The position numbers were made by a program, and so were the translations under genes. A model generated the notes under the pieces. The model searched no databases. It saw only the letters and a list, made by a program, of their open reading frames with translations, and was not told where the DNA came from. A stretch of DNA of 64,000 nucleotides from Azolla caroliniana (lineage: Eukaryota; Plantae; Polypodiophyta). Below, piece by piece: positions 1 through 12,800 of the stretch. Position 1 is the stretch's first letter, and each line of letters begins with the position of its first letter. The stretch lies in contig JBHGNT010000015.1 in NCBI GenBank assembly GCA_043228905.1, positions 4,836,001-4,900,000 of the forward strand. The letters are read 5' to 3'.

Positions 1-1036
1 TTGCAGTGCCTTAAAAAGTCTTGCCATTGTACATTTGGACCCATTAAGTAGTGCAACCACTAATAATTGCAAGAAGCACCATAATTATGGACAAAGGAAA
101 TGTGATGAATTAGAAGTTCGTGCTCATCACTGTGGCATTTGTCAATGTGAGTCTGCATATTTCTTTTGTCTATAGATTCCGTGGAGAGACTTGTCTTCTT
201 AACTTTGCAACACAAACAATAATGCGTATGTTGTTTACCAGGAGGGATGATTCAGTACATGACATTTTGTGAAAATGGCTTTACACATTCTCATTTCATA
301 TCTTTAGTGAGGAAGGTATTGACTTTGCACAAAAATATGGCTGGCTATGAGTAGTTCACCATTGATAGATGACTGTTTTTGTGGTCTAACAGGAAATTAT
401 TCTATCCTTATTTGCAGTCATGTTGTAGAAGAGAAGAGCATACTTTTGAGGGTTTTCTTGTGGGAAATTAAACCCTCAGAACTTTGCCTGTTTTTGGAAT
501 GTGCATGGACTTTTCCATTTTATGGAATTTATGGGATATTTTCGCTAAGTTTTTTGCTAATTTGTTAGCGATGGTAGTGTCATATTTTGATTAAATTCAT
601 CTGCAAAATGGGTAGTGTCATATTTGACTAAATTCATATGCAAAATGATGAACATCTCAAGATATATAAGAAACACATATATGTAGTTGTATATGATAGA
701 TCAAAGCCTTTCAAGGTAAATACTAATGTTAGTAATTAGGTAGGTCATAAAACTTTTGGGCTCACTATCTTTAATCCGATGACATGAAGCACTTAAGGAA
801 TGACAAGATAGTTTTAACTTTCCAGTTTTCCAATTCTAGCACCGTGGCTCTGCCATCCATATTCTTCACGACATCTACAACATGTTTAGAGTTCCTTGTC
901 CCACATCATGTCTTGTGGGGCCGTTGTAAGATGGTAGCCTCATGCTCAAAGCTCCTCACATGGTATGGGGAAGGTTCAAAGTTGCCTCCGTAGAAAATTG
1001 ACATTGTGTGGGCGCCAAGTCCGAACAATTGAGAAG

Positions 1037-1068
<32 letters not shown>
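1037..1068. repeat. (CA)n microsatellite
   Basis: Pure AC run upstream of the synaptotagmin gene. Confidence 0.9.
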
Positions 1069-1376
1069 AAATGCACATCCTAATGAACCGACAGAGTGTT
1101 ACACACTTCTAGCCAATGTCCGGAGGCTCTATTGCGGTGAATCTTCTTCGGGCTCCGAGCCTACAAATGGTACCAACGTTAGCGTGCACACGGACGTTGT
1201 GCTTGTCCACAATGACTCAGCCCATGTCCGGAGGCTCTATTGCACGGACATTCTGCTTGTTCCCAGTGACACATGGTGTCCAAGACCATGTCCAGAAGAA
1301 AAGCCATATTTCCTATCAAAGGTTCTTTCTTCCCCTCACTAAAGCAATGGTGATATGGTGATATGGTGATGAATCG

Positions 1377-4300
1377 ATGATCATGCAGAAACTCTCGAGC
1401 TCCCCATGGCTCATCCTGCTTCCCAACTTCATCGCCTCCATTCCCCTCATCCTCGGATTTCTGGTCTGGATCGCATCGCTCTCTTCTCTCTCTCGCGTTG
1501 CCGTTGGTTTCCTCCTCGGTTTCCTTTGCACCGCTCTCCTGCACAACCTCCATCTCCATCGCTCTCACCTCCGCAGAACGAAGGTAACCTCTCTCTCTCT
1601 CTCACTCACTCTAGTTCTTAACTTATGGTTTGTCTTTGCTTTCCTCTTTCACTAATCTCAATCTCCATCGTTCTTACCTTCTTAGAACTTAATTGGTTTG
1701 CCGTTTTCTTGCTTTCTTTCCTACCGTTTGAGGTTGTGCTCAATCTTCCTTTCTTTTTTGTCATCAGGCTCTTAGTAATGCACAGCTTTGCGAATTAGAT
1801 GTGAAGGCATTTTCCCCTGCATCTGCACCGAACTGGCTCTCTCAAAAATCTGTTGAACACGAGAAGGTGTGGTTGTTTTTCTGATAGAAAATAAAACACA
1901 CCTGATTTGGTTTCAAAGAAAAGTCATTACACTATATTCCAGGTGAAATGGTTTAATAGAGTACTCGAGGAGATATGGCCTTTTCTCAATGAGGTGACTG
2001 CTTCTTCTTTTTTATTCTTTCGCTTCTCCTTTCTTCTCTTTGTCTCTCTCAAATTTCTTGTCAATTAATGATTCAGGCTGCTTCAGGAATGCTGAAAATA
2101 ATATTGCAATCTGTATTAGATCCATATAAATTCAGTATTATCCAAAAGATCATTATCAAATCAATCACACTTGGAACTCTCAACCCTCATATTGATGGTA
2201 TGCAATGTGTCCTTTACCATTCCATAATTTGTCATGGAAAATAACAATCAGTGTATTTAAGCATGATAATAAGAATCGTAATTACTGAGACAGCAGTAAA
2301 TTAGGAGAGATAGCAGTGTACCATGTAGAGTTGCCATGTCAAGAGTGCAGTCAGTTGATACTGCTGGTCTTATGACTTCTCAAAGATGAAATGAATGAAC
2401 AATGTATCGCTTTGAAAGCATTGTATTTTTGCATGATGGAAATGTATCATAAAACTCAAAATGAATGTGCAATATCTCATGTTGTAAACATTGAAATCTT
2501 GTATAATGAAAATATAGTAAAAACTTATTTGTCGTCATACGGTCAAATGTACTAAGGGTTCCCCGTCGTCATACGGTTTGAACTTGTTGCAAGCAAAGAT
2601 ACAATGTTAACAAATGGATTATCTTATATATATTAATCAGTTGGTTAGCATTAGGAGGGTAGATAAATAGAGAGTTAGATACAAAGAACCAAGCAAGCAA
2701 GAAAGGAATCAAAATATAGATACATAGCCTGGACAGTTGTAGCTCAGTTGGTAAGATTGTCCTGCAGATACCAGAATGTTATGTGGCATTATGTAATCAT
2801 GAAAAAATTATATGGTCTAATAAAGAGGTGTCAAAGTCAGGCCCTGAACCCAAGGCCTTGTGTTGATAGTCCAGTCATGTGCCACTAAGTTAATTTTAAG
2901 GAAAAAAGATAGATACATAAATAAGGAAGGGAGACACATAGATAGATAGATAGATAGAAGCAAAGAAACAATTTGAGGTATAGAAGATAGAGAGATGGAT
3001 AGAGAGATATAAGATATATTAACCTCCTGAATATATCATAATGACTTTTTATGCTTAACAAATATTATGACTGCTTGTGTTAACTCGTCAAATGTAACAA
3101 AGAAAAATGTGATTTTATTGTAGCTTCCTAAAACTACCTAAAACCTTCAATGAGCTAGATTGCATGAAAACATATTATAGAAGATACCCATACACGCATT
3201 TCAAAAGGAAACAAAAGCCACCATTCTAGCTTGCATAGGATGGATCATGAAAAAGTAGCAAAAAGCTTTATTGTTATTGATGCAAATACAATATCGGAGT
3301 AGATCGGTTATGATGCATCATATATATTCATGTGATCACATGTAAAAATAATTATAAGCAAAATCAAAAGGGATCCTGTGGAAATAGGGTAAGGTTGTGA
3401 TTCTTCCTGGAGATGTTCAGGAGGCAGAGGCTTTAGTGAAATAATCTTCATTTATTAATACATCTCTCATCTAGATTCACTAGCTCTAGAACATGATAAG
3501 CTCTAGGAGGCAATTGTTGGTATCAGGTGTGAAGTTCTCAAGTGGAGATGAAAATGAGGCAGTTCTGGAAGTTAAACTTGATTGGCAGCACACTCGAGAT
3601 GCCAAGATCGTTATACAGTTGCAGACCACTGGTCCGCTTCTTACAGTGCAGGTCATTGCAAGATGTCTCTTTGCATTTCTTCATATATGCCTGTGTTGCA
3701 TATGTAGGCCTGAAGTAATTGATAACAATACTTATATATGACTTTTGGGATGAACTTCTATATTTATAAGGTTTGGAATCATTATTCATAGATCAGTGTA
3801 GTATGTGAAATTGTTTGGGTAGTAAATGTTTTTATAATAAAAGTTTCAACTTTCTTCTTCATGATTTGTTCTTTCATTCTCTTTCTTCTTATGTTTTGTT
3901 GATAAATTTGGCTCTTTTCAGCGTTTTGCCATCTAGATTCTGTAATGCATTTAATTGTCAATATGCTCACAGTTTTCCCTATATTTTCTTTCTTTCTGTT
4001 GTGTAGCATCTTTTTTTTCATTTTATGTTCAATCAATATGCTTACACTTTTTCCATTGCCTCATGAATGATCAGATAAAGGACTTTGTCATGTTTGGAGT
4101 AATAAAACTGGTCTTCAAGCCACTTAAAGAACAATTTCCTGGGTTTGGTGCTGTAACATTGTCATTACTAGAACCTGTAAGTCTCTCATTACATGTATGG
4201 ATATATTTGAGTTTTGTGGACAGGTTTCAGTACATGTGGAAAACCTGACATGAAAGGGGCAAAATTACCCATCTTTCTTAATTCCGTATTTTTAATATTG

Positions 4301-5282
4301 AGTTTCCTGAGGTGCCTTTCAAATGACTTCTAATATTTTCTTCTTTGCTAATGGCAGAAATCAAACACAGAATTGACGCACCATTAGAAATATATCATAC
4401 AATATGCATACTGAACCAAGTATTGCCTATTCATTATTTTTTGCAGCCAATTGTCGATTTTCAAACAAAGTTTCTGGGTGCTAACATTCTAGCAATTCCA
4501 GGAGTGGACAATGTACTAGATGTAAGATTCATTTGCCTCATCAATTTCAAGAGTTAAAGTCGCAGTTCTTGGTGGTTGAAGTTATTGGACTCAAGCATAC
4601 ATTTGTTGAATGCAGAACATAATATTAACAGCCTTAACAGATCTCCTTGTTTGGCCCAATCGTCTAGTTATTCCAATCCTGCCTGGGGATTATAGGTTAA
4701 AACATAACACTATTTTCAACTTTTCATCAGTATTTAGGTGTTTTGGTTCTGATTTGTGTCTCCTGTTTGTAGTGATTTGATGCTCAAACCAATTGGCCGT
4801 TTACAAGTTGAACTAGTTGAGGCACAAAATCTTGCCAAAGCAGATATCTGGGGAGAAGCAGACCCATATGCAGTGATATACATACGACGAAAACAAGGAT
4901 GCATCTGTACTAGCTCAACAATGAAGAATACAAAAACACCTGTTTGGAATGAAACATTTTTCCTCGATGTCTGCTAGCTAACCTCTTTTACTGTGCTAAC
5001 TTTAAATAAATTAAGTGCAAGTTCTTACATTTGTCCTCGTTCCAGGTAGAAGATATAATGTCTCAAAGACTCACCATTCAGCTTTTTGATTATGACCTCT
5101 TCAAACCTCATGACTTTCTCGGATTAGGAGAGTTTCCTTTAATTGGGTTGGAGCCTGATCATCAAGCAGACATCTGGATCGATTTGAGAAAAGATTTGAA
5201 AAGTATGGAGCTGAAATCAGAAGGAAAGGTTCACCTTCGCATTCTTTACAAAAGTTTGTCTGTAGAGAATCAAGACAACTAG
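1377..5282 (+). CDS. SYT5: Synaptotagmin SYT4/SYT5-like protein (N-terminal TM anchor, SMP domain, single C2 domain), 10 exons, about 430 aa
   Basis: GT-AG exons read by eye: 1377-1583, 1768-1866, 1943-1993, 2077-2197, 3527-3651, 4075-4176, 4447-4521, 4616-4695, 4773-4968, 5046-5282 (1293 nt, in frame). Hydrophobic N-terminus; SMP motifs VKWFNRVLEEIWPFLNE, SITLGT, FPGFGAVTLSL, LAIPG; linker WPNRLVIPILPGDYSDLMLKPIG typical of SYT4/5; C2 motifs ADIWGEADPY, TPVWNETF, FDYDLFKPHDFLG. The exon-9 donor (GTCTGC) is weak. Confidence 0.85.
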
Positions 5283-6810
5283 TTGATTGCAACAGAGTTT
5301 TGAGAATTGGTAATAAAATTAAGTAATATGAAGAAACGTGATATCTGTATGCTTCATATCATTAATCTTCACCTTCTTTTTAGGCAGAGCTCCAGCTTCA
5401 CAGAATGAAGATGACATTGATTGCAGTAAAACATCCTTGATGTGCAATCAATGTAACAATCCCTATAAAGCCAGAACAGTCGGTTCAGGCTTTAGATGAT
5501 GAGTAAGCTGGTCATATTTTTTATCTGGTAAATTTGAATTGGATATTGTTCCCCAGCTTGTTCAGGCAATTCTATATTTTGCGTTCACATGTGAATTATC
5601 ATTTTTTTGGAGAATACAGATAGCAAATGTAATGCAACCCTACAGCACATTGTAAATGGGCATTGAAATAAATAAGTTGTCTGTTCATCTTTTTCCTTTT
5701 AGTTGGCTTGGTAGGAGTTTAAAACTACCTGGTAAAAACACAAAAAAAGGGGGAAAAAGGTTTTTGTAAAGAGTTAATGCGAAGTATCAAATTTGGTTCA
5801 TAACGTATTACTTACAAGGCAAATCAAAAGCTGCTTGTTTTCAGACAAGCCTAAATTATAGATAACATGTAAAGACTTCCTCATCCTCTAACTTAACCTG
5901 TGTTATGTAAAGACTTCGTAATCCTATGTTATGCAAAGCAAATAAAATTTCTTGTTTTGAGACAATCCTAAATTATAGGTAAAATTTAAAGACTTCCTAA
6001 TCCTATGTTCTGAGGTTAACATATATAATTCAGCCCCATGAACTTGGAGTTAATGTACGATGTTTTACACTTATATGAGGAACTCTACCTCATAAACCAA
6101 GGGTATGGCACCTTGCTTCACATGATTAAGGACAAGCTACAATTTTCTTTCATTGCTTTACATGCAAGGACCCTTAGTAGTAATTGAAGAAGTGTGTGAT
6201 AATGTTGCGATAGTCAATAGCTTGAGCAACAAGATATATTTGTGATCCATTTTGCACTTAGTATACCAAAATGGGGAACTTAACAAAACATCCTCGTTCT
6301 TTTAATGAATTCCTGAATTCTCCTTCTATTTGAACTTTGTTCCATTTTGACACTTTGAACATAGGCTTCTTTGGCCACCCCAACACCGATTGATGCACGC
6401 CTACCAACTTGATTGATTATTTTTTAGTTGAAGTTGTCTTATTATTGCATTTGGTTATCTTAGATAATCATCAAATTGTTTCATATTAGTGTGCTTAATT
6501 CATGGGGTATAAACAATAATATATGTTTAATATATTCAGGATATCACTATAGATTTTGGCCAAGAACATTGTGAACGTGCATGAGCAATCAAATTTAAAA
6601 TATACTCTCCTTCTTTGGAGTTTCAAAGCTTCTATGGGCCACTTTGCATAGGTATGCTTTATTTTGTATACATGCTTATTTGTGACTTGGACTTAGTATG
6701 CACAAATATACTAAATTATCTTAGAATTTGGTGTTTGCTTGGTTTCAAAACCACTTGATTGGAAAGTTTATAAAAAGTAGTTTTATGAAGCTCTTTATAA
6801 AGGCATCGAG

Positions 6811-7418
6811 TAGCTAGGCCCAGTTTTGGCTACAAACCGAACCGAACCATTAAGCCATGGGTTAATAGTTTATCAGTTCCAAAAAAAATTTAATGGTTTG
6901 GTTTAGTTTGGATTATTAATAAATTGTTCCGTTTTAGTTTGGTTTGGTTCTAAAACTTAGGCTTATTGGTTTATAGGTTTAAGTGGTTTGCTTTAAAGGT
7001 TTATTGGTTTTTGGTTAACATTTTGTCCCCTTAATAGTTTAATTAATGTTTTTTCATTGATTTAATTAATTTAACCGAAATTCTTATTTAATTTAATGGT
7101 TTAATTAATGTTTTTTTATTGATTTAATAAATTTAATTTAAATGCTTATTTAATTTAATATATTTTTGTTTAGTTAGTTTGACCTAAATGGTTAGGTTAA
7201 ATTTTTTAATTTAATGGTTTATTTTGGTTTTAACTTTTTTCTTTAATGGTTTTGGTATAAATGGTTTGGTTTTCTTTTTCTTAAATGGTTTACTTTAAAT
7301 GGCTTGAGAGTTCATAAACGGTTTGGTTTGGGTTTTGTTTTATATAAATGGTTTGATTCAGTTTCAAGGCAAAGAAACCGAACCGAATTGAACCAAAATT
7401 GAACTGGGCCCATTGCTA
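6811..7418. mobile_element. Non-autonomous hAT-type MITE (AACCG-rich)
   Basis: Imperfect TIRs TAGCTAGGCCCAGTT / AACTGGGCCCATTGCTA. 8-bp TSD with one mismatch: GCATCGAG (6803-6810) and GTATCGAG (7419-7426). AT-rich core with AACCG/CGGTT subterminal motifs. Confidence 0.75.
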
Positions 7419-7478
7419 GTATCGAGAATGTGTCTTTTTAGGTCTTGAAAAAAGAGAGGAAGATCCTCGAAGTTAAAC

Positions 7479-7878
7479 AACTCAATTGGTAAGGATGTCC
7501 AATAGAGACTAAAAGGTTATGTGTTCAACCCCCACGATTGAGAGTGTTTGTAAAGTGGTGCAAGTATTGAGATTTGACCTTGGTGCATGGACCCATAGAA
7601 AAAAAGGTGAAATAATCTATTAAGATATTTTATATACATAGGAATTGCACAATACATGACTACAAAGTGGATAAATGAACTCAAATTGTAAGGATGTTCA
7701 ATAGAGCCTAAAAGATTATGTGTTCAATCCCCATGATTGAGAGTGTTTGGTAAAGTGGTGCAAGTATTGAGATTTGAATCTTGGTGCATGGATACACAAA
7801 AAAAGGTGAAATTATCTATTAAGATATTTCATATGCATAAGAATTACACATATACATGACAACAAAATGGGTAAATGA
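7479..7878 (+). repeat. Tandem dimer of a ~199-bp unit with a decayed tRNA-like (SINE-type) head
   Basis: Units at about 7479-7677 and 7678-7878. Each begins with A-box-like AACTCAATTGGTAAG and has B-box-like GTGTTCAA(C/T)CC about 40 nt downstream. Confidence 0.6.
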
Positions 7879-8206
7879 TGTACATGTGCTTAGTGAATAG
7901 AAGATGTGGAAAAAACGAGACATTGGGATGGCTATACTTTAAAGAAATGATTCATTGCTCAACAAGTGTAAAATAATGTGCGCAAGCAAACCAAAAAGGA
8001 GTAACGGCTAATGATAAGCCAAAGCAACACCAAATGACAAGCGTTGAGCTAGAAGAAGAGCAAAAAGCCAATGCGTTAGAAAATGGTAGACAATTGTATA
8101 ATCATGGATGTGTTGCTAGAGGCTCACCATACCAGAGAAGTAAAACAAAATGGGGAATGGCGCAGAGGCAGACAGAGAACTAAAAAATCAGAACCTATAG
8201 CTTGAC

Positions 8207-8955
8207 ATGGTGGGAGGATCCGAACTTCCAACTAATGTGGGGGGATGCTCCGAACTCCCAACAGACCCTAGTTCGCTACAAGGAGAAGGAAGTATAGATT
8301 TAGACATCACCTTGTCCCCGGAGGCCAACCGACTCTTAGGGGAGGAAATCGAACGCCTACGACGTACGTCCTTTGTATGTAGGTTTCTTGCAGGTAGACC
8401 AAATCGGGGCATGGTTTGGGACATGCTCCAAGTGGTTGTGATGGAGAACATGCCATCGATCAAGAGTGTCAGGGGTTTAGGGAAAAATTTCTTCCACATT
8501 GAATTGGGTGATGATTCGTTGGCGCAACCCTTGGTAGAGCTCAAGGTACTTCAATTGAAGTACGACAAGGTGTTGCTCCAGCCATGGTCACCAGGGTTCG
8601 ATCCAAGTGAAGAGTTATGAAAACTTCACAACCTTAGGGTGATCACCGCAACATTTCCTGGCCTCCCTCCCCATTTGTGCCATTTGCTTCCTTTTTTCGG
8701 TGAACAGATAGGGACGATTTTCCCTCAAAAAATGTCTATGGCAAACACAATCGCGGAGGTGCCTAAGGTGCATATCTTAGTGCCTTCCCTCCATGGATTG
8801 CCAACAAGAATTAGGCTCTACTCTGAAGAGCTAGGTCTCACAGTGGTGAAAGTGGTTTACGAGGGACTCCCTTGACAGTGTTTTATTTGCAAACAGAAAG
8901 GACACCTAGCTAAGAATTGTCCTCGTAAGACTGGAAAGGGAAGCTCGGGACCTCA
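8207..8955 (+). pseudogene. LINE ORF1 (DUF4283-like domain + CCHC zinc knuckle) with in-frame stops
   Basis: ORFs 8207-8620 and 8639-8875 are in the same frame and separated by TGA. Motifs GLGKNFFHIE, LLQPWSPGFDP, YEGLP, followed by CFICKQKGHLAKNC at about 8878-8920. Confidence 0.85.
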
Positions 8956-9124
8956 TGTCGAATACCTGTGTATAATGGACGTATTCACACCATCCCGTTT
9001 TGGCCATTTATGTAATTAGCATAAAGGGCAGTTGCCCTAAGTCGGTCACTATATATAGTGACCTTGTAACCTCTTTGTGAGGTTGGTTGTTGTATGGTTG
9101 CTCTATGAAATAAGAAACTCTTTT

Positions 9125-9168
<44 letters not shown>

Positions 9169-9253
9169 AACGACCTACATTCTGTCATACACAGGGAATA
9201 AACAGGAATCGAGTGCTTCAAGATCTTCCGCACAGACGACATTGCTTCCAACA
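8956..9253 (+). repeat. Copia-1 5' LTR (298 bp)
   Basis: Direct repeat of 14037-14342, identical apart from the GT/CT microsatellite tract. Confidence 0.97.
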
Positions 9254-9255
9254 TC

Positions 9256-9267
9256 TGGTATCAGAGC
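9256..9267 (+). promoter_or_regulatory. Primer-binding site (tRNA-iMet) of Copia-1
   Basis: TGGTATCAGAGC two nt downstream of the 5' LTR. Confidence 0.93.
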
Positions 9268-9829
9268 CTGCACAGTAGTCGGTTCTTCAATCCGCTGTCG
9301 GCCGTCGTCTCTGCATTCGGTTCCCTGCGTCATTCGAAGAAGAGAGAAGAAGAAGAAAAACCAGGTTTGCATCTCATCGCGTTAGATCATCTTTGTTTGG
9401 AGTAAGCCAGCAGGTTGTACTCCGCTCCCCGTGATCGTAACCGCTCGAGGTGAAATCCCCTTGTGCAACCCTGACAACAACCCAAATTCATGCTTCATCT
9501 GGCTGATCGACATTCGGGAGGATCAGTCGGATCCGTCTCTCTCGTCGCTGCAGTCAACCGAAGCAAAATCGGTTCAGATAATCGGTTTTAATAATCGGTA
9601 TTCGGCATATATATCCGAAACGAACCGGGCTCACTCCGACTCGGCAACATTCGGGAAGACCAGTCGGTTCTGTCCCTCAAGTTACCGGAGTCAATTCGAG
9701 CAAGTTCCGAAGCCGAACCGACTCGGGTTCAAATCCGACTAGAACGATATCGGGTGAGCCAACCGGCTGCACTCCAACAAGGTTCGTAGTCAACTCCGAA
9801 CCGAGCTTCGTCAACTGAAACCGAATTTG

Positions 9830-12800
9830 ATGGCATCAACATCCGGCTCGTCAGAAATGAGTCTACGAAAGTTCGATGGATCGAACTTCAACTTCTGGAA
9901 GGAACAAATGCAGGACTATCTCATAGTCAAGGGGCAGATCGATCCCATCGAAAATGAAGAACCTCCAGAAGGATTCAAACCAATTGAGTGGCAGAAGCTG
10001 GACAGAATCGTCCGCGCCACGATTCGGATGCACCTATCGGAATCGGTATACTTTACGGTGCAATCGTGTACGACAGCATTCGAACTGTGGAAAACGCTGT
10101 CGGACACTTACGAAAAGAAGGTCGCCGCAACAAAGATGTTTCTGATCCGGCGCCTCTACAACTTGCGGATGAAAGAATCCGATTCGGTTCAAGCACACCT
10201 CAATGAGTACGAAAGCATAAGCTCCCAAATCTCGTCACAGGGGACGGCAATCGAGGATGAGCTCAGAGCAATGATACTCATGAGCAGCCTTCCCTCATCA
10301 TGGGAAACTTTCGTCACAACTGTGTGCAACGCGTCAACCACGGCTGTTAAATACTCCGAAGTCACGAGCGCAATCCTGACCGAAGCAGCTCGGACAAAGT
10401 CTTTTGCCAAAGACTCAACGGACGACGCTTACGTAGTACAAGGTTCGACAGACCGATCGAACATACGAGGAAGAGATTCCTCACGACCGCCGAACAATCA
10501 GCGAAGACGGAGCCAGTCACGGGATAACCGAACCTGCAACTATTGCAAGAAACCCGGACACATCAAAGCCGACTGCCGCGCACTCAAGAACAAGAACAAC
10601 AAGAAGAGTGGCCGGCATGAGGAGGTCAACTACGTCAGCTTCTCAGCTGATGTGCTACCAGACGACCCGAATATACTATCAATCGAAAATCCAGTCGGAT
10701 CAGAAGTTCTACTCACGACTGAAGAGTCGAGCACATGGCTCTTAGATTCGGGCGCGTCGTTTCACGTGACTCCTCATCGATCCCAATTTCGGCAATATAC
10801 GATCCGTCACTCCGACTCAGTTCGAGTCGGTAACTCGCAACACTGCGACATCATCGGAATCGGCACAGTAGAGCTCAACCTTGCAAGTGGCTCAACACTT
10901 GTACTCCACAATGTCCGACATGTACCCGAGCTCTCAAGGCCATTGATCTCAGTCGGACAACTAGATGAAGACGGCATTCGTGCCGGTTTTTCTTCGGGAG
11001 GGTGGACACTCCACAGGGGGAACCTCCTGCTTGCTAGAGGACCTAAAATACACTCATTGTATCCGCTACATGTTACGCTCAGAGAGGGTAACCTGTTTTT
11101 GGTGGATATTCCTGTGTCATCACTATGGCACCGAAGATTAGGACACCTCAGCAAGGCCGGCATCACGCACCTATCCAGAGCCGGGTACATCCCCAAACTC
11201 TCCTTCTCCGACCATCAATTCTGCGAGCATTGCCAGTATGGCAAACAAGTAGCCGCATCACACCCGACATCAGCACCAAAAGAAACGAGACCTCTCGATT
11301 TAGTCCATTCAGACGTCTGTGGCCCAATGCCGCATCAGTCTCTAGGCGGTGCCTCTTACTTCGTCAGTTTTATTGACGATTCGACTCGAAAGGTGTGGGC
11401 TTATCCGATTCGCACCAAAGATCGTGTCTTCTCGATCTTCTCAGATTGGCTCGCTATGGTAGAAAATCAAACCGACCGAAAGCTGAAATGCCTTCGGACA
11501 GACAATGGGGGAGAGTTCAAATCCGATGAATTCGTCAAATTCTGCCGACAACGCGGCATCCGACGTGAATTTACGGCACCACACAGTCCGGAGCAAAACG
11601 GGATTGCAGAACGAATGAATCGGACGATCCAAGAAAGGATAGTTTCCATGCTCCAACACTCCGGACTGTCGGATGGCTTCTGGGCAGAGGCTCTACTCAC
11701 GGCAGTACACATAATCAATATGTCGCCAAGTAGACCTCTAGGACTTCAAATTCCTCAGGAACTATGGATCGGCAGTAAGCCGAATTACGACAAGCTGAGG
11801 ATCTTCGGATGCGAGGCGTACGCCCTTATTCCGAAAGATGATCGCCGAAAACTTGCACCTCGGTCCAGGAAATGCATTTTCCTTGGATATGGATCAGACG
11901 GCGAAATGGGATACCGACTCTGGGACCCCGAACGCAGACAAATCGTCCGAAGTTCGGACGTTGTGTTCAACGAGTCGGCTATGAACCCATCAGTCGAAAA
12001 ACCAATCGAAGTCCGAAGGGTAACATTCTCCGATGTGCCGACCCTTCAAGAAGGCCCCGCTCTCAACACACGGTCAGCTTCACGGGTAGCTGAACCTTAT
12101 ACTACCGACTCGGACAACTCTGACTCGGCACAGCCGAATGTTTCGGTTTCGGACCATCCGACCTCGATACCCGATGCGACCAGTCCAATCATACCTCGAC
12201 GATCCGAGAGACTGTCGCAACCTCCGGAGAGGTATTCTCCTGGAATTTTCTTCACCGACGCCGGCGAACCGACGTCTTACGAAGAAGCATCGACATCTGT
12301 CGATTCGGCCACCTGGAATCTGGCGATGGAGTCGGAAATGCACTCCATCCGTGCAAACAAGACTTGGGATCTGGTCGAATTACCTAGGAACCGACGTGCT
12401 CTTCCTTGCAAGTGGGTTTATCGACTAAAAGAGACGTCTGATTCGACCACCCCAAAGTACAAGGCCAGATTAGTTGCGAAGGGCTTCCGACAAGAATATG
12501 GCGTCGACTTCGACGAGATTTTTTCACCAGTGGTGAAAATGACAACCCTTCGTTTTCTGCTCGGCGTCGTGGCAGCCGACAACTTGGAGCTGATTCAGCT
12601 AGATGTCAAAACAGCCTTCCTCCATGGTGATCTCGAGGAGGAAATTTATATGGAGCAGCCAAAAGGCTTCGTGGCAACTGGCCAAGAACATCTAGTCTGC
12701 CGACTCAGGAAGAGTCTATACGGCCTCAAACAGGCACCGCGACAATGGTACAAGAAGTTCGACGACTTCATCCAATCGATCGGCTTCTCCAAAAGCGATG

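Noticed and set aside
1-960. Short ORFs at the window start and possible retroelement debris (also 5800-6450)
   Set aside because: No recognisable motifs or consistent splice structure.
965-1342. 125-aa ORF upstream of SYT
   Set aside because: It runs through a (CA)n microsatellite and local duplications and has no recognisable domain.
2739-2895. tRNA-like sequence GTAGCTCAGTTGGTAAG and a reverse B-box-like motif
   Set aside because: There is no complete cloverleaf or properly spaced A and B boxes on one strand, so it is not a tRNA gene and is at most SINE debris.
8985-9742. Short ORFs in the Copia-1 LTR and leader (also 14089-14430)
   Set aside because: They translate the CT microsatellite and non-coding leader; no domain evidence.
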